NCBI GenBank assembly: GCA_910586805.1 | Contig: CAJUJC010000001.1 | Coordinates: 1-43,785 of the forward strand | DNA length: 43,785 nucleotides | Reading direction: 5' to 3' | Origin: an uncultured Erysipelotrichales bacterium | Lineage (GTDB): Bacteria > Bacillota_I > Bacilli_A > Erysipelotrichales > Coprobacillaceae | Part shown: positions 16,760 through 24,522 of the stretch, in pieces | Layout of the letters: every line of letters begins with the position of its first letter | How positions within the stretch are numbered: the first letter of the stretch is position 1 | The notes under the pieces: model-generated | Database searches by the model: none | Told to the model about the DNA's origin: nothing | The model's input: the letters and a program-made list of their open reading frames with translations, nothing else | Position numbers and translations under genes: made by a program

Positions 16760-18562
16760 TTATTCTACTGTCACTGATTTGGCTAAATTACGAGGTTTAT
16801 CGACATCACAATCTTTGATACAAGCTGTATAATAAGCAACCAACTGTAAAGGGATAGCGACTAGAATGGATTGTAAAGTTGGAGAAACATTTGGTAAATA
16901 ATATGTGTTTTCAACATTTTTAACTTCTTCATCATGTGTAGTAAAGAGAATAACTCTTGCTCCTCTGGCAATTGTTTCTTGAATATTACTCATTGTTTTT
17001 GCAGCAATATGAGGTTGTGTTGCAACTGCTATAACAACTGAATTTTCTTCAATTAAAGCAATAGGTCCATGTTTTAATTCACCAGCAACATAAGCATCAG
17101 CATGCACATAAGACACCTCTTTAAGTTTTAATGCTCCTTCTAGAACACTGACATAATCTAAACTTCTACCAATAAAATAGGCATCATGAAGATTTTCTAA
17201 CATCTTAGCATATTTTTCAAAAATATGATGATCATTTAAAATATTTTTAACATATTGAGGAATTGTATTGAGTTGATGAATGAGCTGATGATCAATGTCC
17301 TTTCCTAATTTTTGAGCTACATAGTAAGCGAGTAATATTAATAAAATCAGTTGTGTTGTATAGGCTTTTGTTGATGCAACAGCAATCTCTGGACCTGCAC
17401 ATGTATATAAAGTATAGTGAGCATCTCTTGAGATTGTACTTCCTAAAACATTTGTGATTGCAATTGTTGTTGCTTGTTTTTCTTTTGCTAATCTTAAAGC
17501 GGCTAAAGTATCAGCAGTTTCACCAGATTGTGAAACAAAAATAGTTAAAGTATGCTCATCAATAAGTGGATCGTTATATCTAAATTCACTTGCAACCATT
17601 GTATTTACAGGTAATTTTGTTGATTTTTCAAGAACCTGAGAACCACATAATGATGCATGATAAGCTGTTCCACAAGCAACATAATAAACTTTATTATAGT
17701 TAGTGAAATCAATATTTTGTAGTTCATCAAGAACAATTGTTTTACCAATAATGCGTCCTCTTAGTGTTTCTTGAATAGCATGTGGTTGTTCATGAATTTC
17801 TTTTAACATAAAAGTATCATATCCATCTTTTTGTGCTGCTTCTACATCATATGGAATTGTGATGAGTTCTTTAGTTATAGGATCTCCATCATGATTGTAA
17901 AATTCAATATGATCTTTTTCTAAAATAGCTATTTCATAATCATCTAAAAAATAAACATCTTTTGTATATTCCAATAAAGCTGGTATATCACTTGTAGCCA
18001 CATAAGCATCTTGGGCTTTCCCAATAATTAAAGGATTGTCTTTTTTTGCTACAATAATTTTATGAGGTTCTCGTGTTGAGACAATACATATGGCATAACT
18101 ACCTTTAATTTTTTTTAAAACTTTTTTTGTTGCTTCAAAGAGATTGTCATCATAATTATCATCTAATAAATGAACAACAACTTCACTATCTGTTTCAGAT
18201 TGAAATCGATATCCTTTCTTAATTAATTCTGCTTTTAATTCACGATAATTTTCAATAATTCCATTATGAACCAAAGAGATGGTTTCATCATCATTTGTAT
18301 GAGGATGAGAATTCAAATTTGAAGGAACACCATGAGTTGCCCATCTTGTATGACCAATACCTATATGTCCTTCCATGTAATAATCTTGAAGTTTATTCTC
18401 AAGATTTTTTAATTTACCTTTACATTTAATGGTTTTTAAACCATCATTTTCAAGAATTGTTACACCTGCACTATCATATCCTCGATATTCAAGTTTAGAT
18501 AATCCTTGCATTAAAAAGGGTAAAGCTAATCCATTACCACAATAAGCTGTAATTCCACACAT
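16760..18562 (-). CDS. glmS: Glutamine--fructose-6-phosphate aminotransferase (isomerizing)
   Basis: 600 aa. It has the N-terminal nucleophile MCGI, GHTRWATHG, two SIS domains and the C-terminal DKPRNLAKSVTVE. Confidence 0.96.
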   Translation of the reverse strand: MCGITAYCGNGLALPFLMQGLSKLEYRGYDSAGVTILENDGLKTIKCKGKLKNLENKLQDYYMEGHIGIGHTRWATHGVPSNLNSHPHTNDDETISLVHNGIIENYRELKAELIKKGYRFQSETDSEVVVHLLDDNYDDNLFEATKKVLKKIKGSYAICIVSTREPHKIIVAKKDNPLIIGKAQDAYVATSDIPALLEYTKDVYFLDDYEIAILEKDHIEFYNHDGDPITKELITIPYDVEAAQKDGYDTFMLKEIHEQPHAIQETLRGRIIGKTIVLDELQNIDFTNYNKVYYVACGTAYHASLCGSQVLEKSTKLPVNTMVASEFRYNDPLIDEHTLTIFVSQSGETADTLAALRLAKEKQATTIAITNVLGSTISRDAHYTLYTCAGPEIAVASTKAYTTQLILLILLAYYVAQKLGKDIDHQLIHQLNTIPQYVKNILNDHHIFEKYAKMLENLHDAYFIGRSLDYVSVLEGALKLKEVSYVHADAYVAGELKHGPIALIEENSVVIAVATQPHIAAKTMSNIQETIARGARVILFTTHDEEVKNVENTYYLPNVSPTLQSILVAIPLQLVAYYTACIKDCDVDKPRNLAKSVTVE

Positions 18563-18604
18563 AAAAACATACCTCCATTAAATTTTTTTGTTATTGAATG
18601 AAGT

Positions 18605-18740
18605 TATGCCTGATGATATTTGTTTAATGATTGCTCATTATTTTTGCTCATCGTTTAGGTAGCATCATACCTCCAAATCATCCGCCGAATCTTTCGATAA
18701 ATTTGGTCCTCGTCAACTCATAAAGAGTCCTGGCGCTATA
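18605..18740 (-). ncRNA. glmS ribozyme (GlcN6P-dependent self-cleaving riboswitch) in the glmS leader
   Basis: The minus strand reads A/GCGCCAGGACUCUUUAUGAGUUGACGAGGACCAAAUUUAUCGAAAGAUUCGGCGGAUGAUUUGGAGG... It has the conserved AGCGCC cleavage-site core, GACGAGGA, UAUCGAA..UUCGGCGGAUG and the P1, P2 and P4 pairings. The predicted cleavage site lies between 18737 and 18736. Confidence 0.88.
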
Positions 18741-18970
18741 TATTTCATCCTTCTTCAATAACGTAAATCATTATACACGAATCTTATTTTTATAGTTTTC
18801 ATATTTTGAAATAAGAAAATAGTATATAACTATTTTATGTTTTAGTAAGAATAATTGTGATTTTTAATATTTGCAAATAATGTGTCAGCAAATTAAGATT
18901 TTTAATAAGGATATAGAAAATTTGCTTGAAAAAATAGTTTAATTCTGTTTATTGTGTTATAGCTTATTTA

Positions 18971-18999
18971 AAAAGGAAGAATCATAATTTCTTCCTTTT
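18971..18999 (-). terminator. Terminator of the PadR operon
   Basis: An 11-bp stem aaaaggaagaa / ttcttcctttt with a 7-nt loop, overlapping the stop codon of the 153-aa gene. Confidence 0.6.
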
Positions 19000-19460
19000 T
19001 AAGAAAATATACCGTTTGCACTACATGTAAGTGTAACTGATGGATATGTTGTTTGAAGTAATTTGCCATTATAATAATGATTCATGGTTGCTTTCCCAAT
19101 TGCCTTATTTCCTGACTTTGAGGCACTTTTAGAACTTACTTTCCAAGCACTCACAGATGCTGTTGCGTTAACTGTAGCGTTTGTACATGTTGATGAAGTA
19201 CCTGTGTATTGAAAAGTTCCAGTTACACTTACTGTATAAAGAACATTTCCAGACGAATCTTTATATTTGTTTGTTTTGGTTCTAGTTGCAGTGGTTGTTG
19301 AAAATATTGAAAAATGAGGAATTTCTATTGTTGTTTCTACATAGATACCATTTCCTAGATATTCTACAGTCCTACTTTCTAATGTGTTTTCTAATGCAAA
19401 AGTATTAACAGGTGTCAATATAAATAATAGTAAAAATAAAACAGTTAAAATTTTTTTCAT
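18999..19460 (-). CDS. Small secreted protein of unknown function (153 aa with a signal peptide)
   Basis: MKKILTVLFLLLFILTPVNTFA/LENT is a signal peptide. The mature part is S/T-rich and looks beta-rich, with two Cys (STCTNA and LTCSANG). It is the last gene of the PadR operon. Confidence 0.75.
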   Translation of the reverse strand: MKKILTVLFLLLFILTPVNTFALENTLESRTVEYLGNGIYVETTIEIPHFSIFSTTTATRTKTNKYKDSSGNVLYTVSVTGTFQYTGTSSTCTNATVNATASVSAWKVSSKSASKSGNKAIGKATMNHYYNGKLLQTTYPSVTLTCSANGIFS

Positions 19461-19480
19461 TTATTTGTCCTCATCTTTCT

Positions 19481-19843
19481 TTATTCTATTGTTGTTTCAA
19501 CTTGAACAGGCTGATGTTGTCTAAATTCATCATACAATTGATTTAATCTCCACATTTCAAGTAAACTTACTGATATAATACATATGACAATAATAATGAA
19601 TAGCCAGTGTATATATTTCTTTTTCTTTAATTTTTGAATAAGTGTTTCTGTATCCATGTTTTCTATAAAAGATGTAGCAATTTCACTAGGCTTTCCAAAA
19701 TTCTCTATCAAAGCATTATAGTCTTTGATTTTAGAAGCAAGAATACGCTCCTTTAAAATATTTATAAATTCTTTTTTTTCTTTTATGTTAAGTGGTATAA
19801 TCAGCTTCACTTCATTAAGATACCTTTTTACTTCTTTTTCCAT
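19481..19843 (-). CDS. DUF1700 / HAAS-like single-pass membrane signalling protein (PadR partner)
   Basis: The N-terminal helical domain YLNEVKLIIP...KEKKEFINILKERI...FGKPSEIA matches the DUF1700 pattern. It has one TM helix (WLFIIIVICIISVSLL). Its start overlaps the PadR stop (TAATG). Confidence 0.72.
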   Translation of the reverse strand: MEKEVKRYLNEVKLIIPLNIKEKKEFINILKERILASKIKDYNALIENFGKPSEIATSFIENMDTETLIQKLKKKKYIHWLFIIIVICIISVSLLEMWRLNQLYDEFRQHQPVQVETTIE

Positions 19844-20166
19844 TATTTTTCTTCTCCATAATTTAAAATATTAATAATTCCTTGACTGGTTTTTCTATAT
19901 TGATTGCGTGTTTGAATAAGATATTCTTTTCCACTTTCTTCTATTTTGTAATAAACTCTAATTCTATTTTTGTTTGTAATATTGTAGCTTGATATATATT
20001 CTTTTTTTAACAAACTATAAATAATTGGATATAAAGTTCCTTCTTTAATATCTAAATAGCCATTAGATATTTCTTTGATTAATTTTACAATTTCATAACC
20101 ATAACAGTCATTTCTATTGAGAATACTTAGAATTAGCATATCAATATTTGTATTAACTTTAGCCAT
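19843..20166 (-). CDS. PadR family transcriptional regulator
   Basis: 107 aa. LILSILNRNDCYGYEIVKLIKE...EGTLYPIIYSLLKKEYI...RVYYKIEESGKEYL is a canonical PadR winged helix. Confidence 0.9.
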   Translation of the reverse strand: MAKVNTNIDMLILSILNRNDCYGYEIVKLIKEISNGYLDIKEGTLYPIIYSLLKKEYISSYNITNKNRIRVYYKIEESGKEYLIQTRNQYRKTSQGIINILNYGEEK

Positions 20167-20208
20167 ATCATCACCACATTGATAATAACATAATTTTATT
20201 TAATGCTA

Positions 20209-20231
20209 AATACTATTTATAAAATAGTATT
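20209..20231. promoter_or_regulatory. Perfect 10-3-10 palindrome. Candidate PadR operator.
   Basis: AATACTATTT-ATA-AAATAGTATT lies 43 nt upstream of the padR start. It covers the spacer and -10 of a plausible padR promoter (TTGTCA-18-TAGTAT on the minus strand) and abuts the -35 of the divergent promoter. Confidence 0.5.
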
Positions 20232-20232
20232 A

Positions 20233-20261
20233 TTGACAAAAAATATAGTGTAAGGTATAAT
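20233..20261 (+). promoter_or_regulatory. Perfect consensus sigma-A promoter (TTGACA, 17 nt, TATAAT), divergent from padR
   Basis: TTGACA at 20233..20238 and TATAAT at 20256..20261 with a 17-nt spacer. It points rightward into an ORF-free region that leads to the peptidase operon. Confidence 0.6.
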
Positions 20262-20972
20262 AAATTTAAAGAAGTACTTGTAAATGATAAATACAGATAA
20301 TTGGAAGAAATGTGGTTAATATATGTTAAATAAATTACAACCATATGTATTATTTATCTCAGTTTTTGAAAATCAGTGTTTTGAATTATGTGAATTTTTC
20401 TACAAAAATTGTTTCTAATTGTAATGTTTTAGTACATCAATTATGCTTGTTTATATTTTATCGCAATTGTATATATTAATTTTGGCGATGTGATAAATGA
20501 GGAACTATTTATTCAATATTATAATATGAATATGACCTTCCTCAATGGAATTTAAGGGTTATCTTATCGATTGCGTTGTAAAGTTTATTTTGTATATTTA
20601 AAACTTGTTAAAAAGTATATAGTATAGATATATTTAAAATATAGTTATATTAATGAAGAAGAAAAATTTCATATATGTTTGCTTAGTTAATGAATAAAGT
20701 TTTGGATATGTGAACTTTCTATAAAAATTATAATGTATGATAACATTTGGATTAAATATATTTATAAATGAATTTTTATTTAATGACAAAATAATTATAT
20801 TTTGTAAATAGTTATTAAAATCATTAGATATATACAATCAATTATTTTACTAATAAGTAATAATTTGTATTTTAAAATCAAAAATATGGAGGCAATACCA
20901 ATGTACATAGCAAAAATAATATAATGTATTATAATGAAAATAGATATTATAAAAATAAGGAGGAAAGTAAAA

Positions 20973-21803
20973 ATGAAAAAAGGTTTAATGCTTATATTAT
21001 CTATATTTATGATTTCTAGTTCTATTTTTTCTGTCGGTGCTGTTGAAACAACTGGAACAGCAAATACAGGAGTTTGTGATAATGATTTAGAAGAACTATT
21101 AACTGAAGAAGAACAAAAAGAAGCAAAAGCGAAAATTCAGGAAACTATTGATTCAATAGAACCAAAAAGCCAATTAAAAAATGAGAATGAGATAATACCT
21201 TATGCAGCATATGTGGATCATAAATATATGATAAGTGTTACTAATTATACACAAGAAACAAGTTATTACTGTGGTCCAGCAGCTGTGAGACAAACTCTAA
21301 GTTTTCATAAGTCAAAAAACAATATTTCTACAGCATTGCCAAGTCAAAAAACATTAGCATCGGCGATAGGTACGACTACATCTGGTTCAACTAGTACAGG
21401 TATTGCTGCTGGATTGAATAAATATAAGACAACATACAAAATACCAACAAGTTATGTTGCAACGGATGTTTTAGATAAATCAAAACCTGCTTCTTTCTTT
21501 GTACAAGCAATTAAATCTTCAGTTTCAAAGCAAGTAGCAGCTCCTATTATACTTATTGATACTGGAAATAATTTTGGAATACCTGAGTACAAGGGTGTTC
21601 ATATTAGACACTATAATACTATAAGTGGATTAATTGAAACAGAAAATATTCAAAATGGTGAAATTGCTGCTAGAAAAATACGAAGAGTAGATCCTCATTA
21701 TAATAGTAAATATCGTGGTGTATTTACTAATGATTATAGAGATGTTTATCAAGCTGTTGAACAAGCAGATAAAAATGGGTCAAATAAAGTTATAATATAT
21801 TAA
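20973..21803 (+). CDS. Secreted papain-fold cysteine peptidase, C39-like (Peptidase_C39_2-type), with an N-terminal acidic pro-region
   Basis: The signal peptide is MKKGLMLILSIFMISSSIFSVGA. The catalytic-Cys motif is NYTQETSYYCGPAAVRQTL. The downstream candidates for the His and Asp/Asn of the triad are GVHIRHYNTISG and RRVDPH. An AGGAGG RBS precedes ATG 20973, so the track start at 20934 is unlikely. Confidence 0.72.
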   Translation: MKKGLMLILSIFMISSSIFSVGAVETTGTANTGVCDNDLEELLTEEEQKEAKAKIQETIDSIEPKSQLKNENEIIPYAAYVDHKYMISVTNYTQETSYYCGPAAVRQTLSFHKSKNNISTALPSQKTLASAIGTTTSGSTSTGIAAGLNKYKTTYKIPTSYVATDVLDKSKPASFFVQAIKSSVSKQVAAPIILIDTGNNFGIPEYKGVHIRHYNTISGLIETENIQNGEIAARKIRRVDPHYNSKYRGVFTNDYRDVYQAVEQADKNGSNKVIIY

Positions 21804-21804
21804 A

Positions 21805-22836
21805 ATGAAAAAAGTTTTAAGTTGTATTATTTTAATTTTACTATGTGCATGTAATAGACTAGATAAATCTAATGATTTTATCAACATTTCAACCCAGTAT
21901 AGGAGAGTTATCTCTCCTATAGTATTTGATAATTCACTTTTTATGGCTGTTTCAATGAAAAATCGTACTTCAAATGATACGAATATTCTTATACAATACA
22001 ATATGCAAACTAAAAAATATATAAAAATATTTGAATCAGAATTTGAGTATGCAAATATTCAAGGAATTCAAGTTAATAAAAATTGGTTAGTGTGGGAAGA
22101 TATGAGTGTGGATGGAACTAAAGATAATATTTGGGTCATGAACAGAAAAAATAACAATAAAAAAAAGATAAACATCTCAAAAACAGAAAATCCTTCATTT
22201 ACTGTTCCAATATTAATTGATAATTATATTTTATGGATAAATGAAGAGAAAATTATTAATAATAAACTTAAAGGCAGTATCAAACAATATGATTGTTTAC
22301 AGGATGAAACAAAAGTAATTTGTTCTATTAATGAAATAGGCATGCATAATTTTCGTTTAGAAAACTATGGTGAAAGTATACTTTGGAGTGATAAAATTAA
22401 AGACGATTCTTATTATTTTGTCTATAATGTTCATACAAAAAAAAGATTAGAGATAAAGATAAATATGGATTATTCTTTGCATCCCATTTTAATTGATAGA
22501 TGTATTATATCTAATGAATTTGCTGATGAAGATGACATTGATGAAAATAGTGCTTTACAACCATATATATATAATATTGACACAAAAAAATCGCATAAAT
22601 TAGATGTCAAATTGAATGGTTATTATTCATACAATGATAATCTTGTTACAAACGATGGAAAAGATGTTTTTATATATAGCATAGAAGATAATTTAAATAT
22701 TAGAAAAAGAGAGACAATTGTTAATGAAAATTATGAAGATTATTATGTATCACAAAATGAGTCGTTAATTTTTTTGAGAAAAAACTCAAATAATTATATT
22801 GATTTACTTATTTATACTAAAGATGATTTATTTTAA
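21805..22836 (+). CDS. Lipoprotein with ~6 degenerate ~45-50-aa repeats (beta-propeller-like, DUF5050/TolB-like)
   Basis: The lipobox is LLCAC (MKKVLSCIILILLCAC/N). Recurrent blade-like units include NWLVWED...NIWVMNRKNNNKKKI, NYILWINE...IKQYDCLQDETKVI, ESILWSD...FVYNVHTKKRLEI and PYIYNIDTKKSHKL. The gene starts 2 nt after the peptidase stop. Confidence 0.72.
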   Translation: MKKVLSCIILILLCACNRLDKSNDFINISTQYRRVISPIVFDNSLFMAVSMKNRTSNDTNILIQYNMQTKKYIKIFESEFEYANIQGIQVNKNWLVWEDMSVDGTKDNIWVMNRKNNNKKKINISKTENPSFTVPILIDNYILWINEEKIINNKLKGSIKQYDCLQDETKVICSINEIGMHNFRLENYGESILWSDKIKDDSYYFVYNVHTKKRLEIKINMDYSLHPILIDRCIISNEFADEDDIDENSALQPYIYNIDTKKSHKLDVKLNGYYSYNDNLVTNDGKDVFIYSIEDNLNIRKRETIVNENYEDYYVSQNESLIFLRKNSNNYIDLLIYTKDDLF

Positions 22837-22862
22837 CTAATTAAAGAGAGGAGATAGCAATT

Positions 22863-23870
22863 ATGAAATATGTACTTTTTATATTACTATTATTTACAGT
22901 TTGTGCATGTAATCAAGTTGATGATAAACAAATATCTCAAAACAAAGAACAAGAACCTAGTTCATATATAGACAATAAACAAGAGAATGGATCTATAACT
23001 ATATCAACTAAAGATTATCAAACAATTTTATCATCTGGTGAAATTAAAAAACTAAAAAAATATGATAATGATCTTTATTTCATTGAAACTCAATATTCAG
23101 ATGAACAATTAGCACAAGATCAAATATATAAAGTAAATAATAAAGAAAAGGAACTTATTTGTGAAACTCATTTTTATCAAGGAAATATATATGACTTTTA
23201 TGTATATGATCATTTCATGATATATAGTGATTATGATCCATATAAATGTCAAGGACAGTATTGCATTATTGATAATAATGGAAAAAAACGAGAACTTGCT
23301 AAAACAAATGAATTCTTTCCACAATTATATAGTTATCAATATGATGTATTTTATGTCAAAAACAGTAATACAACGAAGATAATGAAATATAATATTCAAA
23401 CTCAAAAAGAAACACTCATCGCTGAATATCCATTACATGATATTCAATTACATGGAAATAAAGATTATGTGTTTTGGTATTATGATAATAATTATTATAT
23501 TTATAAGGATAATATCAAAAAAATAAAAGGACAAAATACTTTTGGTAATGATATTGATATTGACGGAGACTATTTATATGTTTTAGAGAAAAAAGAATCC
23601 CAAAATAGATTAAGTAAATATAACATTAAATCAAACAAATATGAAGAATTTGCTATAAATATCAATTCATTTGCAATAAGTGATGATTATATTATAGTTC
23701 CATATCTTGATCAAAATTTATATATTTATGATAAAAATATCAATAAAATAGTAGATATAAAATTAGAATCTGTAAAAGATATTTATGTGATTCATAAAAA
23801 CAAATGTTTGATAACTACCAATAACAATCAATATATAGAAATTGATTTAGATAATTATATATCTAGTTAG
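22863..23870 (+). CDS. Paralogous repeat (beta-propeller-like) lipoprotein
   Basis: The lipobox is TVCAC (MKYVLFILLLFTVCAC/N). It shows the same periodic pattern: DLYFIET...QIYKVNNKEKELI, HFMIYSD...YCIIDNNGKKREL, KIMKYNIQTQKETLI, RLSKYNIKSNKYEEF and NLYIYDKNINKIVDI. A GGAGA RBS is present. Confidence 0.72.
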   Translation: MKYVLFILLLFTVCACNQVDDKQISQNKEQEPSSYIDNKQENGSITISTKDYQTILSSGEIKKLKKYDNDLYFIETQYSDEQLAQDQIYKVNNKEKELICETHFYQGNIYDFYVYDHFMIYSDYDPYKCQGQYCIIDNNGKKRELAKTNEFFPQLYSYQYDVFYVKNSNTTKIMKYNIQTQKETLIAEYPLHDIQLHGNKDYVFWYYDNNYYIYKDNIKKIKGQNTFGNDIDIDGDYLYVLEKKESQNRLSKYNIKSNKYEEFAININSFAISDDYIIVPYLDQNLYIYDKNINKIVDIKLESVKDIYVIHKNKCLITTNNNQYIEIDLDNYISS

Positions 23871-24159
23871 AAAATGAAGTATCTAAAAATCAAATTTAAT
23901 ATCTAAAAAAACAAAATTAGAATTGTAAGATAATGAATATATTTCATGTTTATTTATAGAACAAAATGAAGATATTTAAAATTATTTGTTTGATTAAATT
24001 TGTAATCATTGTACGTTGTTTATAAGTAAGAAATAATATGATATCATTGAAAATGAAATCAATTAAAATTTTATTAATAAAACAGTGTGGTAATAATTAT
24101 ATATTAAATTCAAATCTTTAAATTTTGAAGATATTTATCAAAATAAGGTTCCACAATTT

Positions 24160-24185
24160 AGGGGAGTTTTAACTCCCTTTTATAA
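24160..24185 (+). terminator. Weak or orphan hairpin terminator about 290 nt downstream of the lipoprotein operon
   Basis: A GGGAG/CTCCC stem, extendable with a G-U pair, followed by TTTTAT. No annotated CDS ends nearby. Confidence 0.4.
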
Positions 24186-24492
24186 TGTGAAAACAACTTA
24201 TTTTGTGATTAATGATTTCTTATGAATACATACTTTTATTTCTCCATTAATAGATTCAATAGGACTATTTAATATTATTATTTTATCTATGAGAATAAAT
24301 GAATTGAGTATTTATTTTCTTCAATTTTTAAGAAAACTTATTATATTTTTGAATTTATAAATGTATATTTAAGTGAGTTCATTATATCTGGTAGAAGTAT
24401 TATTTAATGTATAATTTTCATTAAAATCTAAATAATCTTTTTTACAAATATAATATTTTTCAAATAATAATACCTATATTTGATATTTATAA

Positions 24493-24522
24493 GCAAAAAA
24501 AGAATAACAATTTGTTATTCTT
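24493..24522 (-). terminator. Terminator of yebC
   Basis: A 10-bp stem aagaataaca / tgttattctt is followed on the minus strand by a T-run. It overlaps the stop codon. Confidence 0.7.

Noticed and set aside
20634-20837. 67-aa minus-strand ORF in the AT-rich spacer upstream of the peptidase gene
   Set aside because: The translation (MYISNDFNNYLQNIIILSLNKNSFINIF...) is an AT-rich artefact with no SD and no recognisable domain.
20753-24371. Imperfect inverted repeat (taaatata-tttataaat at 20753..20769, against its reverse complement with a 2-nt insertion at 24353..24371) flanking the peptidase/lipoprotein block, considered as possible element termini
   Set aside because: It is only 17 matching A/T-only bases with an indel, in very AT-rich DNA. 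No transposase, recombinase or target-site duplication is present, so it is most likely chance.
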